Below are positions 40,401 through 55,400 of a DNA stretch of 64,000 nucleotides, in pieces; positions within the stretch are counted from its first letter, which is position 1, and every line of letters starts with the position of its first letter. Below the pieces are notes generated by a model. The model did not search any database and was not told where the DNA came from. It saw only the letters and a list, made by a program, of their open reading frames with translations. The translations under genes were made by a program, and so were the position numbers. This stretch comes from Candidatus Omnitrophota bacterium. Its GTDB lineage: Bacteria > Omnitrophota > Gorgyraeia > VGKN01. The stretch covers positions 12,522-76,521 of the forward strand of contig JAGVOB010000004.1 of assembly GCA_020052955.1 (NCBI GenBank), given 5' to 3'.

Positions 40401-43400
40401 ATGGATTTATATGGGCCCACCTATAACGAGTTGCGCAAAATCATCGAAGACAAAAATCAGAACAGCCGCGTAAGAACAGCAGCCGTCTGGGGCATGTGGC
40501 GCATGGGCGTTCATAATCAAATCCCTGGTGCTGATATTGATATAGTTATAAATGACCTTATTGAAGTGGTTAAGACTGGTTATGATAATGAATATCAGTT
40601 GGCAGTTATAAGCCTTGGGAATCTCGCCGAATTAGGCATTATCCCGTATTACTTAATGGATGATGTAAATACAGCAATGCTAAACAGGCTCTCCACGCTT
40701 AATACTTATAGAGATATAGACGAGACAGTTAAGGCTATAATCAGGGTTAATGGAATCGGTAATGCCTCAGCCACCATAACCGCCAAAAATACATTAAACA
40801 AATTTACTGAAATACTTTCCAATCCTAATACTGATCCATATCTTAGAAAGAACATCGCAAATGCCATTAGCACAATAATAGAAAGAAGGGCAACCCTCGA
40901 GGCAGACCAGATTTTATTCAGGGATGTATCAAGGGTAATTTTAAGTTTAATGCAAACTGCCAAGAGTGATCCGGATGCAGATGTAAGAAGAGCAGCGATT
41001 TTATCCCTAAGCAGAATCTATCGGGCAATGGAAGATACGCTGTCGCTTGGTCCAAACGGTGTTTCTTATATTGAGGAAGGAGTTGCATTTTTACAAGACT
41101 TAAAAGACCCGCAGACTCAACCAGAAGTTATCATTGCCTTAGGTGACATTGCAAAGGTATATCCAGAGCAGACGTTGATGACAGGATTGGTGAATATAAG
41201 GGATTTTGAAATAAAACCCGGCGATACTGGAAGGATATATCAGGCTAAACTTTATACTGTTTGGAGATTAGCCTCAACCCATGTTGCAACAGAACAGGAA
41301 AGAGCCTACGCGATAAGTGTATTAAGAGGTGCTTTAAAGAATAAAGATTTTAGCACCCTAATAGCCATTGACGGGCTTGGCTGGCTGGGCTATACAGGCG
41401 CTATCCCCGCAGAGGATTTAGATGCTATTATAAGAGAAGTTATTGATGCCTCTAACTCAATGCCGCGGCAGATATATCCTGAGGTTCAGGGAGAGCTTGA
41501 GAGGAGATACTTTGAATATTCAATTCCAGCATCCCTAAGGGGTGTGGTAATGCTTGAGGATGCGGTTAGCGCAAATGCCCTTTGGCGTATGGTGGTTAAT
41601 CCTGAAGACAATGTGAATAGAGAAAGCGCGCTAACAACCATTGTTACCTATGGAATACAAAACGAGACCGTTAAACCCTCTTTACACAGGGCACTTACCT
41701 GGGCTGCCTCAGCTATTCTTACAGATGTTGACACAAAACAGACTCAAGCAGGAAATCTCTTACACCTTGTATTGTCGGATTTAAATTCTGGCACAAGTTC
41801 CATAGGCATAAGACGCCAGGAAGCATTGCTTCTTGTTAGCATAGTAAAAGGGAGAGAATTGTCAGGTGATTTACAGGCTTTGGCAATCAATGCGTTGGTG
41901 GATTATTTAGGAGACCCTGTAATAGGCAACGAGGTTGTTGAATCCATAATTGATTTAGCCACAAGGCAGACTACATCTCAACCTGTTTTAGATGGGCTTA
42001 ATACGAGGCTTGATATTCTGTCCCTCACAGCTGATAAAGCCACTCTGGAGCGCATAGAAAGGATTAAAAATGCTATAACTGCTATCACCCAGGATAAGAG
42101 CGCAAGGCCGTTATATTCAAAATTGTTCTTTGGACCCTCTGGGACATTTGCAGAAACCGATGTATGGACACCCTATGGAGTATTAAGGGGCACCTTAGGT
42201 TATAACCTTGCAAAATGGGATGATATTAATATTAATGCAACAAGCGGTTTATTGGTGATAGGTTTGGATACTACCATCTCCCAGAGTTCGGAGTTAGAGG
42301 CATATGCCAATTTAAAGCACCTTGCGGTTATGATTAACCCTCAGGATACTCGCGGAGTATACCTGGATGCAATGCTCTCCGGAAATGATGCCCAGTTAAG
42401 AAAACTTATAACTGTGCTAAAAGGGAGCTCTAATGAGGTAACACTTGTTTTGTCTCCTGACCTTTCAAGGCCCGAGCAGGCAATGGCGTTTATTTCATAT
42501 ATCAACACGATAATTGAAAAAGCAGGCGGCCCTGGTAAAATACGTATTGCCTTGGCTGTCGGCACCGATGTCTCAGAAGGGACACTACAGGCTATGTTTG
42601 ACCAAAAAGACATTTCTCTGGTAAGCGAAGTGTATATCATCGGCACAAGATATGGCCAGGAAAGCCCGAGCGGTTATATAACTCCCTATGAGCTCTTTGG
42701 AGCAACCTACAGGCAGGTCGAAACATTGAAAATTCCTGTATCCATTGTCCTCCCGGCAGGAAGAGAGTTAGAATATGATGCCTCCTGGATTGAGCAGTTA
42801 AAATCAGAGATAGTACCCGGCGGAAGACTATCGAGATATACAAAAGCAGTCTATCATTATGGCTCACCGGATGAACTTTTCTTGCACGAGGAATCTGCTC
42901 AAAAGGCTCTTCAGGATACGATAGCCGCTGTCGGAGAAAGCAAGCTATCTGATCTTGAGAAACTTTATAAAGATACACTAGGCCTCACCGGCCGCGGAAT
43001 TATGGAAGGGAATTTTGAAAAGGTGGCACAGGGGCTATGGGGGAATATGCCATTTTTAGTTAAACTGTTATTTTTTATCCCAGTTTACGCCTTACTCGCT
43101 TTGATATTTAATAGGTTTATTCTGGCAAGGAGAAAAATTTCCATATTATATCTAGATATAACGAAAGAAATCCGAAATAAAATTTCAGCCTCAGCCACCT
43201 ATTCTACTTATAATTTCAAAATGGTTTTGGCTATTTCAATTGCTATTATGGCAACTTCTCTAATATTGGGGGTATCAATGCCATGGGTTTTTGCTCGAGG
43301 AAATGAGCTTATCACCCTCCGTACTCCAAAGCCAACTATCTCTGATATAGGGAGGATTACCACTTCTGTAACACCGGCTCCTGCAAGCGACACATCTATT

Positions 43401-46400
43401 GTGGTGGATATGGCAAGCGCTGACTGGAACGGCCTTACAAGGCTTATCTCAGATAAGGGGCTTGTGTTTGATAAGGGAACTATTGATTTAAATAAGATAA
43501 TCATTGGGAATTTAAACGGCAATATCTCTGCATTCGGCAGTTATCTCGCAGCAATTGTTTCAGCAAGGGATATGGGGATTATCACTGATGAAGAAGCAAA
43601 AATAAGGATAATGCAGACACTAAATGCGCTCCAGACGCTACCTCGTGATAATAACGGTTTCTTATACTCGTGGTATGATGCCCAGACAGGAAGGCCTCAG
43701 CCCATCACGGGTTATGCAATGGTTGATGGAAAACTCCAGCAGGTTACAGGCTATCACGTCTCCTCTCTTGATAATGGCCTTCTGGATTTGGCTTTAGAGG
43801 GAATAAGAGAAGCCTATAGGGATGACGAAGAAATCACTCCAATTATAGATAGCCTGCTTAGCCATAACTACTCTGCATTCTATGATACAGAGAAGCAGAT
43901 GCTTGGAGTGGGCTATTTTGATGTCCTTGGAAACCTCTATTATGAAACCAGTCACTATAGCACCTGGGGTTCTGAGGCAAGGGCAGTTGTGGTATATGCT
44001 GAGGCAAAGGGCGACATACCCTCCGGCACATTTGCAAATCTTTATTCTAATGTAAAAGGCTATACCACTGAGGCAGGAGAGGAGATTTTAACCACCAGTT
44101 TCTTCCAGGGCTCTGGCCATCAGGTCTTTGTGCCGGAGATATTCTTGGGAGAGAGCAGGATGTCGCCTCAGGCAAGGGCAATTCTGTTAAATTATTCAGC
44201 CATAATGCTGGATAAGGGTGTATTTATCAGCGCAGCAGAAAGCCCGATATGGTATATCGCAGATGCAGGAATCAAAGATGTCAGCGAAAATGATGTTAGG
44301 GAAGACCTGCTTGTTCCCTATGCCATATGGCTTGCCGCTTCTGTTAACCCCCAGGAGATGACAAATAGACTCAACCAGCTAAGACAAGATCATCCCGAGA
44401 TGTTCTCTACCCAATTCGGCTTTGCTGACAGTATGGTTACACAGGATGGTGGTTTAGGAGAAGCAGGCACCGTAACCCGAAAGGTTCTTGCCATTGACCA
44501 CGCCTGGTCTATTATGAGCGCTTATTCTGCCATTGACGAAGACGGCGGATTTAGCAAATATGTCAGGCAGTCAGATATAGGAACAAGAATAGCCACTGTA
44601 TATCAGGGCATAGATAATCAGACTCGCGATGCCGTTCGTCCGAGACAGGTTCCTCATGTTCCTGTAGGTATTATAGCAGGAATTACAATTAGTATCGTTG
44701 GCGTTATTGTAGGAATTGTTCTATTAATCTTAGGTATAAGGCGCTCTAAAGAAAAAGCCCGGCCGCAACCCGAAACAGGCGTTACGCCTACTCCGGAAAC
44801 ACTACCTTCTCAGGAAACGCTGTCATCTCAACCTGAAGCAGCCCCGCAAGTGTCTCAAATGGCTATAATTGGCGGACGCGCACCACCTCTAAGAGATTTA
44901 AGTCTTTCGCCTAAAGAAAGGATAACCCGAGCGCTTGTCCAGCTTACCGATGTTAGCGTAGAAGATATAGATTTTGAAAGCATTGAAGTGGAATACGAAA
45001 CACCAACCGGATTTGTATATATAGTAAAAACAAAAATAACTAAGAAAAAATTCTTTGTTGAGATAGTCAGGCGTTATGACAGGGATAAGGCTCCGTTTAA
45101 AGTTACTGTCAATGACAAAGAAATTCCATTTGCAGAAGGCGAGTATATCAAGGTCGCAGATGGTAAGAGAAAGGTATTAGGCTTATATTATAACTTAAGC
45201 GCTATAAAAGGATTTAGCCCGAGTAGCGAAGACGCCACTAGAATTCGAGAAAGAGAAGAAAGGTATTATAATAATGTTTTAGGGTTTGTCCAGGAAATCG
45301 CCTCTAATCCCCAAAGCGTTCCCAGATATATTATAAATCTTGAGGGTATAAATACAGAAAAAAGCGAGTTAAGAAATAAGATAGGCCTTCTTAATCAGAA
45401 TATAGCAACCCTCCCGGAAGGATATAGAGCAGAGATAACCAATACTACTCCTAACGAAGAATTACCAATTCAACTTACTCTTTTACCCACCTCTCAACAA
45501 ACAGCAAGACAGATTTCAGAGGATGAATTAGATGCTATAAGAGTTAAAACCAAAGAGGCAGAATTAGCTGAGGCTGGAAAATTAGTCTCCCAGACAGTTA
45601 CACAAACAAAGCCTGTTCCATCCGAAATAAGAGGGTTCTTTAACAAAATCGGCGCTATCCTAAAAGGTGAGTATTTCTATAATGGCGCGGATTTAACAAA
45701 GGCAACTGCTCCATTTTATTACTTAAAGGTGGTAAAGAAGGTTAATGAAAAGGGTGAAGCAGTAGATGAAACAGAGTTTCAGAAATGGGCTTTAGTAAGG
45801 GATATAGCCCTTGTCTCAATACTCGGAATAATAATTGCATCAGTTTCTATTTTAGGAATATACACAATTCCGACTATACTTGCTGTAGGTTTAGTCACTG
45901 GTTTTGGACTAATTGTTAAAGGAATTCAGGCAAGGTATGAAAAGGGGTTTAAGATAGGCCTTATTGTCAGTGCATTTAGTTTTATATCTTTATTTGTCGC
46001 ACCCCTTTTAGCCCTTTCTATAACAGGCATCATTATAGGTTTTGCAAGTATTTCTGGGTATGGTTTTGGTAAATGGATTTTAAAACAAAAGGCAGAGACT
46101 CCCATAATAGGTATTATAGCTTTGCCAATTTCACTTCTTGGCATAGTTGCTGGTTTGGGAATAATCTCTGTCTTTGCCATTAATGTTGCTGTTGCTTTTG
46201 TAGCTTTTGCCTATGGCATATATAAATGGAGAAAAGAAGAGGATATCTCTGCAGTTGTAAAGCCCTTTGCAATTTCTGTTTTTATGCTCTCCCTTTTACC
46301 AGAGGGTATAACACCTCTTGTAGCAGGCACAATTACCTCGCTTGTTGGCATTGGCGCAGGCACTGCCATTACGTCAGGAGCCCTTGTAGCGCTTATGGTT

Positions 46401-49400
46401 ATAGGATTACTCCTGGGTATTGTTATGTCATTAGTTCCAGCGGTCCTTGGTTCTTCTACCGGAAGAAGATATATAGCAGGTTTTGGCTTAATTTTAACAA
46501 TCTCAGGCTTCCTTAATCTATTAGGAATCTCCCTTCCAGTTTTATCTATTTTACCAGGTATAACAGCAATCTTTGTAGGCATAGCTTTCATAATGCCGCT
46601 TGTCTTAAGTTTAATTGTAAAGGCTATTACAGGAAAAGAGCCTGTTTTATCGTCCGCTTCAAGCAGGTTCGCAGCTTATCTGGGCATTACCCTTTTTGCA
46701 ACCTGTTTAGGCGGACTTGTGTTCTCAAGCGTTCTTAATTGGTCATTTGGGGATGCATTTGCCCTTTCAACCCTTTTGATAGGTTTTATTGGGACCTTCC
46801 ATATACCTCTTAAGGTGTTCTTGGACTGGGTTATTACGCGGCTTATGCCGCAGGAGGATATCGGAAAAGTTGAGGATATAGTCAACAACGGCGTTCCTGA
46901 CGAAGAAAGGACTATGTATTTCTGGACGCTTTATCAGTCTAGCCTTTCTACTATCGTACCTGCCTTCAAAAATATTGAGGAATGTGTAAGAAATAACAGG
47001 GATAAACTCTTTAGGACAATAACTGAAGCTGAAACTCAAGGTCAACAGGTAATTGACCTAACCGTTGACCCAACCTTAGGGCTTGAGGAAACACTCAGGC
47101 AATATTGGATTTCCCACAGGAATGATGCAAATTTCTTTAATAATATTTATGTAAAGATTACTGATGAAAGAGGCGCCGTTCATTACAGAAAGCCAAAGCG
47201 AAACAATATTCTCTTTAGCATTGCCTCTGCCGCAGAATACTGGCGTGGGGTTGAACCTATAGGACTTAAAGATATATTAGCAGAAAGGATATTGAGAGAT
47301 GAAGGTCTAAACATAGATAAAGATGAGCTTGAATTTATTGAATCTATGAAAAAGAAAGGCTTGGATAGATTAAATAAAAAGAGAAAACAAGCAAATCAAA
47401 AAGAACTTGAATGGTCAAAACTTGAACCAAAAGATTGGCGGGAGATATGGGAAGGGATAGTTCTACATTTAGTTACAGATACCACAAAACAACGAAGGAT
47501 ATTAATTCAGGTAGGGAAAATATCAACTTTATCTGAAAGAGTAGATAGAATAATAAAGAAAGGAAGAATCTTACCTGGTAAAATAGCAACTTTATCTTAC
47601 GGAGATGTTTACTATATAGATAATTCCAAAAAAGATGTTAACTTCTCCGAATTATTCTGGAGAGATTATCTGGCTGACTCAGATGGATTTTTTAGAAGGG
47701 TCTATGCAGTAAAACAGAGCGACGGCAAGATTATTTATCTTATGCCTGCAGAATATGCCTTATATCATCATCTCAAAGTCCAGGAGATAAGAGACGAATA
47801 TCCTGAAATTGAATTTTTAATCTTCCACTGGTCGCTTAGGCTCGGCGAATTCAAGTTCCAGAACGTTGAACTAAAAGCGGGCTTGTTTAATGATATATTT
47901 AAGGTGCTTGATGGGAATCTCTATGGCACAGTTGACCCCAACCGCCCCTATCAGCCCTCAGAGAATAAAGGAATGGGCAGGCAGATATTTGAAGTGATAG
48001 CAGGTGCCAATATAATAGATACATTACGCACCGGTGGAGGTAAAATTGGGGCAGGCAAAATTATAGGAACTGGAATTGACACGGATGCATTAGCAAGTAT
48101 TGGTGTTAGCGTGGATGAAAAAAATGGCAGGGTTGCTCTCACTGATGAGCATCTTGCTATCAAAAATACCTTTACAAGCGATGCAGAGATACGAAGCGAC
48201 AAGGATATGATAGCGGAGCTTGTTGCAAGAGCGGCATATCCCTCTCCGCTTAACCAGAGATATGGAACCTTCCAGATGGGGCTATACTTCTATAATCCTG
48301 AACTTTCAGATTTTGCCCGATTGACTGTAGAGGCACAAGAACGGCTCTGGTATACAGTTGAAGCGTCTCAATTGATGGGTGAAGAAGGAGCAGATTTCGG
48401 GAAAAATCTCAAGGTATTTAGAAGATACTGGGAAAAACTTTCTCTGATTCTGGATTTAGATACAGGCATTATCAAACTTAGAAGGACAGGTGAAATAGTT
48501 GGAAAACTTGATGATGAGAGGTTAAATTACTTCAGAGAAGTAATGCGCGCTACTGAATTTGCAAGAACTGCCAACGATTTTCTCCTGGATACCTTAAAAA
48601 TCACCGACCTTAAGAGAAGGGAACAGATTCTAAGAGACTTTGCAGCTGTTGTGGCTAAAAAAGCCATAGTAGGACCAGTGGATTTTGCTAAAGAATTTGA
48701 AGCGATAGTTAAAAAATTAGAGTCTACAATAGGGATAACATTAACCAAGTTACAGGAAATAGAGGAAAAGGTCAGAAGAAAATTTGATATTGCCCAGATG
48801 AAATTTTTCGCCCTTACTCCAAATTCCAAATTCCTAAGCCATGATACCTATGACACTGCCTATGGAGAGGCATTTATTGTTGGTTCGGTTAGGGCAGGTG
48901 ATTCAGCGGTAATCGGGCAGAGCGCAAACGATGCCCGTGCGGCAAGGTGGTGGAAAGGCGATGATAGAGCCCGGGATGCCGCAACACCTACTATGCCCAC
49001 CGAGCTTTATCCCTCAGCCAATGAGCTGACTCCACAGGTTAGAATAAGGAATGTCTTAAGGCCAAAGACAATATGGGAGGTGCGCTTAGTCAGAGTAGGC
49101 GGCTGGGAACTACAGCCATTGTTCCTATTGTGGTTAATAGTTGGAGCAGTTGGTATGATTTCAGGGCTTATCTCTATCTCAAGCGTTGAATTAGGCCTGA
49201 AACTATTTCTTTTTACTATGTTTATGATAATTGTTACCCCAAAGTTTGGCACCTTAAGGCGGATAAGGGACTTTCCAGTTATGATTTGGGAAACAATATC
49301 CACAACCATTATTTTAAATGCAAACCTTATCACTCTAAGCCTGGTTGTCATTAAGCAGGCAACGCTAAATCTAAAGAGTAAACTTGCCGGCATAAAACAG

Positions 49401-52400
49401 GCGTTTGCATGGACGCCTCAGGCAGATGTAGATAAACCAGAAGAATTTATGGAGGCAATCTATGGGCACGTCTCTGTTCTCAAAGCTGGTTTTATAATTT
49501 TATCTTTAATAGCTTTTCTCTCGTTTGGTATGACCCATTCAGCCAGCTGGATGGTTTTAGCGCTTCCGCAGGTTCTTGCATTTACGCTAAGTCCTATCTT
49601 TATGTGGCTTACCTCCCAGAGGCCAAGCACCTCTCTTAAGATTGCCTGGTTCGGTGTTATCCCGAGCATGGTTATGACAGGGCTCATTATGAAGATGATT
49701 AGTATTGGCGCGCCACTGATGCTTACACCCGGGGGTCCGATATGGACGGTGTCGGTAGCGGTCATTATGATAATAGGCGCAGCGCTTGGTGCTATTGCAG
49801 GCTATACCATCAGAAAGGGCCAGCTTATAAAAAGGAAAAAGGAGCAAAATATCCCTGTGCCGCCCATATGGTCTCCTAAAAACTTTAGAGATGTATTATT
49901 TTCAGTATCAAGGGGAAGTGTATTGTTTCCGGTATTAAAAGGTCTTGCCGGAGGGGTTTTAATTACTGCCTCAGCAATATTTACTGGTCCCTATACAGAG
50001 ATTACTACTCTTTATCCATTTGCTGTAGGCGCTATTATGGGAGCGATTATCAGCAGTGTTTTGATAAATGCCGGTTTTAGTCGGCAGAAAGATGAAGAAA
50101 AGAAAAAACTTAAAGTAGGTATTGAAAAATTTTCTGAACTTAATTCAACAGAGCAGAACATTGTCCATATGATTTATATCCTTCGCTGTATTAAGCCCGA
50201 CAGTGAGGCATTAAGGCTTTATGAATACACAGCACAAGGTTATGGTTTGAAGGTCCCAAGACTTGATAACGTATTAGAAGAATTTGACAGAGAATTTGCA
50301 GGATTGGATCCGAGACTGCTTGAAATTGCTAAAAAAGTTTATGAACTCCAGAAGACCTCACCCGATGATAAACCAGCCTTAAAGTATTATACAGAGTTAG
50401 CGAGGCGTAACGGATTATATGAAGAAAAACTTGAAAGAATTCTGGCAAGATTAGAGGGAATAGAAAAAGGTATAACCTCTACGCCTACTCTAACAGCCCA
50501 ACCAGAGCAGGCGATTACGCCAACCACACCAGCAGTTACTATAAAGCAGAGATTATCCTTGCTATTACCTAAATTGTTAAACCGCAAAGCAGTAATTATT
50601 ATGGGTATAGTTTTACTACTTGGCATAGTTACTATTTTAGCAGGTTTGATAATCTTACCAACGATGCAAATACCAACGGCTACGCAAGTGGTTGAAACTA
50701 TAACCAGAACTATTTCACAGATAACCCAGACAGCCACCGAAGTTGTAAATACCCTTACCCCAACTCCTACTACAACTCCAACGCCAGGCGTAACTCCTGC
50801 GCCATCTGCTACGCCCTTACCAGTAAGCCCTGCGCCAACAGTTACAGGAGCACCAGTAGCAGAGGCAACTCAAGCGGTAAATTTGATGATGTGGTTAATA
50901 GGCGGAGGTATTTTAGGTTTTATTGCATTAACCGCTCTCGGTGTTAGATTATATCTTCAAAGAAAAGTTTCGCAAAAACAAGCAATTGTAGCACAGGTTG
51001 CTCCTACCCCTCAACCTGCTTTATTTACTGCACCGCCTTCTGAATTTGAGGAAGCCCTGGAAGAAGCAAGAAATGCCGGCGTTTTGGAAGGAGAGCTTAT
51101 AGCAGTTGCTACAGTTGCGGATGTCAGGGCTCTTATAATTGTGCGCCAAGAGGCTGTAGCGCGTGCCAATAGGGCAGGCGTAATAACAGACCTCACAGGC
51201 ATTACCACAGCCGGTATCAATGGACTCGCTGAGTTTAAGGAAACTATATCCGAAGCGAAAGCCATAGGCGTTACAGAAGGAGAACTTAAGACAGCCAATA
51301 TCTCAGATGAAGTTAGAACCCTTATTACAGCCCGCCAGCAAGCAATTGAACGTGCCCAAAAAGCCAGCTTAACCATAGACTTCACTGGTATGACTGCAGC
51401 CGATATAAATAAACTCGCTGAGTTTGAAGAAGTTAAGGTTGAAGCAAGAACCGCAGGTGTTACTGACGCAGAAATCAATATAGTTGAAACTACACAGGCA
51501 CTTAGGACTCTTATTGCTTCTCGCCAAAACGCTGTTAGCCGTGCTGAAAAAGTGGGGTTAGAAACAGAAGAACTTAAAGAAAAACCTATAGCCGAGGCAA
51601 TAAAATTAGTTGAAAAAGCAGAAACCTTTACTTCGGTAACAGGGCTTTCTGTTCCAAAAGCGGAGTCTTCATACCGTCCGCTTATTAATCTTCCAAAAGA
51701 AGAATTAACAGAAAGGGCTAAAGCGTTAAGAGAGACTAACCTACCTGTTAAAGGATATTTATTAAGGTATAAATCAGAAACTATAAGGAATAAAGAAGCA
51801 ATAACTGAAGATTATGCCCAACCATTTAATTCTAGCACTGTCAGGATGAGCGAAGATAGAATTAAGGAGAGGTTTGAAAATGAGGTATCAAGAATTGCTA
51901 AATGGACTATCCCTCTGTTAAAGATGAAACTGAAAGAGGGCTCTGAGAATCATATGCGCTTGACAAGATACCTTGAGAGGCTTAGAGAATTAAAAGCCGC
52001 CCAGCCTGAATTATTTAAAAATACCTTAACGCAATCAGGATTAGATAATATCTACTTATTAAGAGAAGTTCTCTCTAAGAAATCTACCGCTACAGTCCAA
52101 TCTATGCTTGCCAACTTATTCACCTATGAGTTTGGCGGAAGGTATATGTGGCTAAACTGGATTACGAGGGTAATAGGGCTTCCTGCAATAATAGTTGAGG
52201 AACTTTCTCATTTTATTATGCATATATTTGCAAGACTCGGCATACCAAGAGTAAAAATATCCACTAAACTTTTGGGCATAGAGATAAGCGAAAGAGCACC
52301 TCCTATTGTTAAACTCATTGGCCCTGCATCTAATATCCTTCTTCTCATTGCCTCCATATTCCTTTATCTTCACACCGACCCCTCCACCCTAACTACAGGT

Positions 52401-55400
52401 TTATTTATCTGGTCAATATCTGCCTCAATACTTAGCATACTTACCGCAATATATGATTCTGCTAAATTCCAGACAGGGGATATTTACGAAGCGAGAGTAA
52501 GCTTTTTAATAGAAAGGTTGAAAAATTCTGATCGGGGTGTTTGTGCTAATGCTGCAATAGCTTTGGGTCAAATAGGCGACCCAAGAGCAGTTCCAGCTCT
52601 AATAGAAGCCTTAAAAGATAGAGATTGGTATGTCCGCTCCTGTGCCGCAACAGCCTTAGGCCAGATTGGTGACCCAAGAGTTCTATCAGCACTCAGGAGT
52701 TTACTTTTGCATACAAGCCCAATGGTGACATATACATATGAAGAAATAGAAACGCAATTTAGAGAGGGCTGGTTTGGATACTCTGGAGATTGGATATCGA
52801 TAGAAGTAATAAAAGAAGGAACAAAGTCCAATCCCGAATATACAGCTATTGAACAAGCAATAGCAGCTATTGAAGCTCGGATGGGAGAATTGCCAACCGG
52901 AACAGGTGTGGCAGGAAAGAATGCCCTTGCAGCCGCCGAATCATCCTTAGCCAATATCTTCTCCTATGCCTTTGGCGGAAGGTTTGCAAAGTTAAACTGG
53001 TTGCCACGACTAATATACCTTCCTTTTATGCTACTGCTGGATGAAGTTTTGCATATTAGCACTCATTTAGCCACAGGCTTTGGCATGCCTGAGTTTATAT
53101 GGAATACCAAATTTTTCGGCGTAAAGATAAACCCGAGGGCGCCGCCTATTGTAAAACTGATAAGTCCTATCATTCATATCCTGCTTATACCTGCCTCAAT
53201 CTTCTTATATTCCTTAGTAAAAGACCCAGCCGCTATACATACAGCACTGCTTATCTGGTCGCTCTCATTCTCAATATTAAGCCTATCTGCAAGCATACTC
53301 AGCAATATTAAATACAAGACAGGGGATTTATACTTAACTGCCCCCGCAATTGGCGGTGCCCTTGGCATCTGGAAGGACATTGGCTTAAAAGCCGAAGACC
53401 TAGCTAGTATAGGGTTTATGGAGGGTGCATTCTTTGGAAGCCTGTTGCTTTATAATATGTGGCTAGGCAATGTTTTTAAAATGATTGAGACAGGTTTTGG
53501 CACATTAAATATTACTCAACTCTCCACAGGTTTGTTTGCAGTCCCTGGCTCCCTATTTCTTTTTACAGGTATTATATTTATTGCCTACCTTCTCTTAGGT
53601 ATATTGTTTCCTTCTGAAGGAGTCTCCACAATAAAGAACGCGGGCCTCAAGACACATTTCTTGAGAGCACTAAATGCTACAGGCGTAGCTATGTCAGGCG
53701 TTTCTCTTGCAGGCGTACTCGCTTTATCCTTATCGCTGGCAGGCTTGCCAATTGGCGTCTCAGTTATTGTCGGAGTATTAACAGGGGCAGTTTTACATTC
53801 CTGGCTTAACTGGCAGGCCTACAGCAGAACCATCAAAGACAAGGCAAAGACTTCAGGCATCTTAACAACCCGTTCTATAAGCATTGGAATCTCATCAGGA
53901 CTTCTGATAGTGTTTACCAGCCTGTGTCTTAGCCTATTATCGTCAAAATTTGGATATTTAACCCCAGAATTTTTCACGCTTCCGATACCAGGTTTTTCTT
54001 ATATTATAAACGTTGGCCTTATGCTTTTAGATGTACCCAACAGATTCTTCTGGGTCCTTGGCAGCATGCCATTTCTTATATGGACGTTGGAGTCGTTTTT
54101 TAGAAAAGGGATATATAAAAGCCTTAAAAGAGGTAAATTCCTTCCTTCAACAGGTCGTTCAAGTTATTTTACGTTAAATGTAATACAGGCGCTTCTTTTT
54201 GCATCTTTTTCCGTCCCCTTTATGTATTTTTCATCCGCTGGAGCTATTCCATTGCTCATAGTATTTTTCTTCACAGGGCTTATGTATGGATTTATCTATG
54301 ATAGAGCGGGCATAACAGGTTCAATAAACGCCCATCTTGTCGTCAGTATTTTCGCGCTGCTTGGCACTGATAGTATGCTATCTTTTACAGTGCTCTTCGG
54401 GCTATTATTGGGGGTCAATATAACATTGTGGCTCATCTATTGGTTATTAATGCGGCCCTTGGCTGGACAGTTACCGCGAGAAGGGCATATAAAAACCGCT
54501 GAACCTTATCCGCATTTCTGGCAGGAATTAAACCTGATTATTCCAGAGTTTCATATTTCCCATGAGGCAATAAATGGCTGTGATTTCATACCTGCCGAAG
54601 AGGTCTTTAAGGAACATAATCGATTGATTTGGTATGAACATTCAGCTGAAAAGCCACAATTTGTATTTGATATTGAGGGCTTGGTTGAACCAGTAGAGAG
54701 AATACTCAAGTTAGAGAAGAGGATAATTAGCTTGCATGAATTGCAACTGGTTGATTCAGAAGAGGAGGCCCGCACGCTTTTACCGATAGCTATTCTTATA
54801 CTTGAATTGGAACGGGCGCAACTGCATCGGCTTATCAAGATTCAGCCAAAGGCAGATAATACACCCGTTGTATGTATGGAAATGATTCTCGCATTCTTCG
54901 CGGTTAGGCGTTTTCTGCTCTTCCCAAAATATGTTCGCCAGCAGATGATTGAATTTTATAAAAAGCGCGATGCAAATTTTGCAGATGTTCTTACCACCGC
55001 TGACCGGGCAATAGAGAAAAGTTATAACAAATTAACTCTTGCAGAAGGGCAAGAACTAGCATTGATGCGCGCTACTGGCATAAAGGTTAGCGATGATAAG
55101 GAAACAGTGCCAAACCTTATTGACTATAGCATATGGCTTAGCAGACAGGCGGGTGTTAGTCTATACCAAGATGACATTGAACGTGTAAAAAGTTTTGTTA
55201 GGAAGTTTTTAGCCGACAGGCTCAACACATACGGCTTCTCTGGCATGTCAAGGCAAAAGGTTATAGAGGATATAATCAGGCTTTGGCATGAGGAAGGTAA
55301 GGTAAGGATAGAAAAGGAGGATGAGCGTTCTCTTGAAGCCTTGATGGACTCTCTCATCCAACCCCACAGAGAAGAATTTAAACCTCTTGTTGAGCAATAC

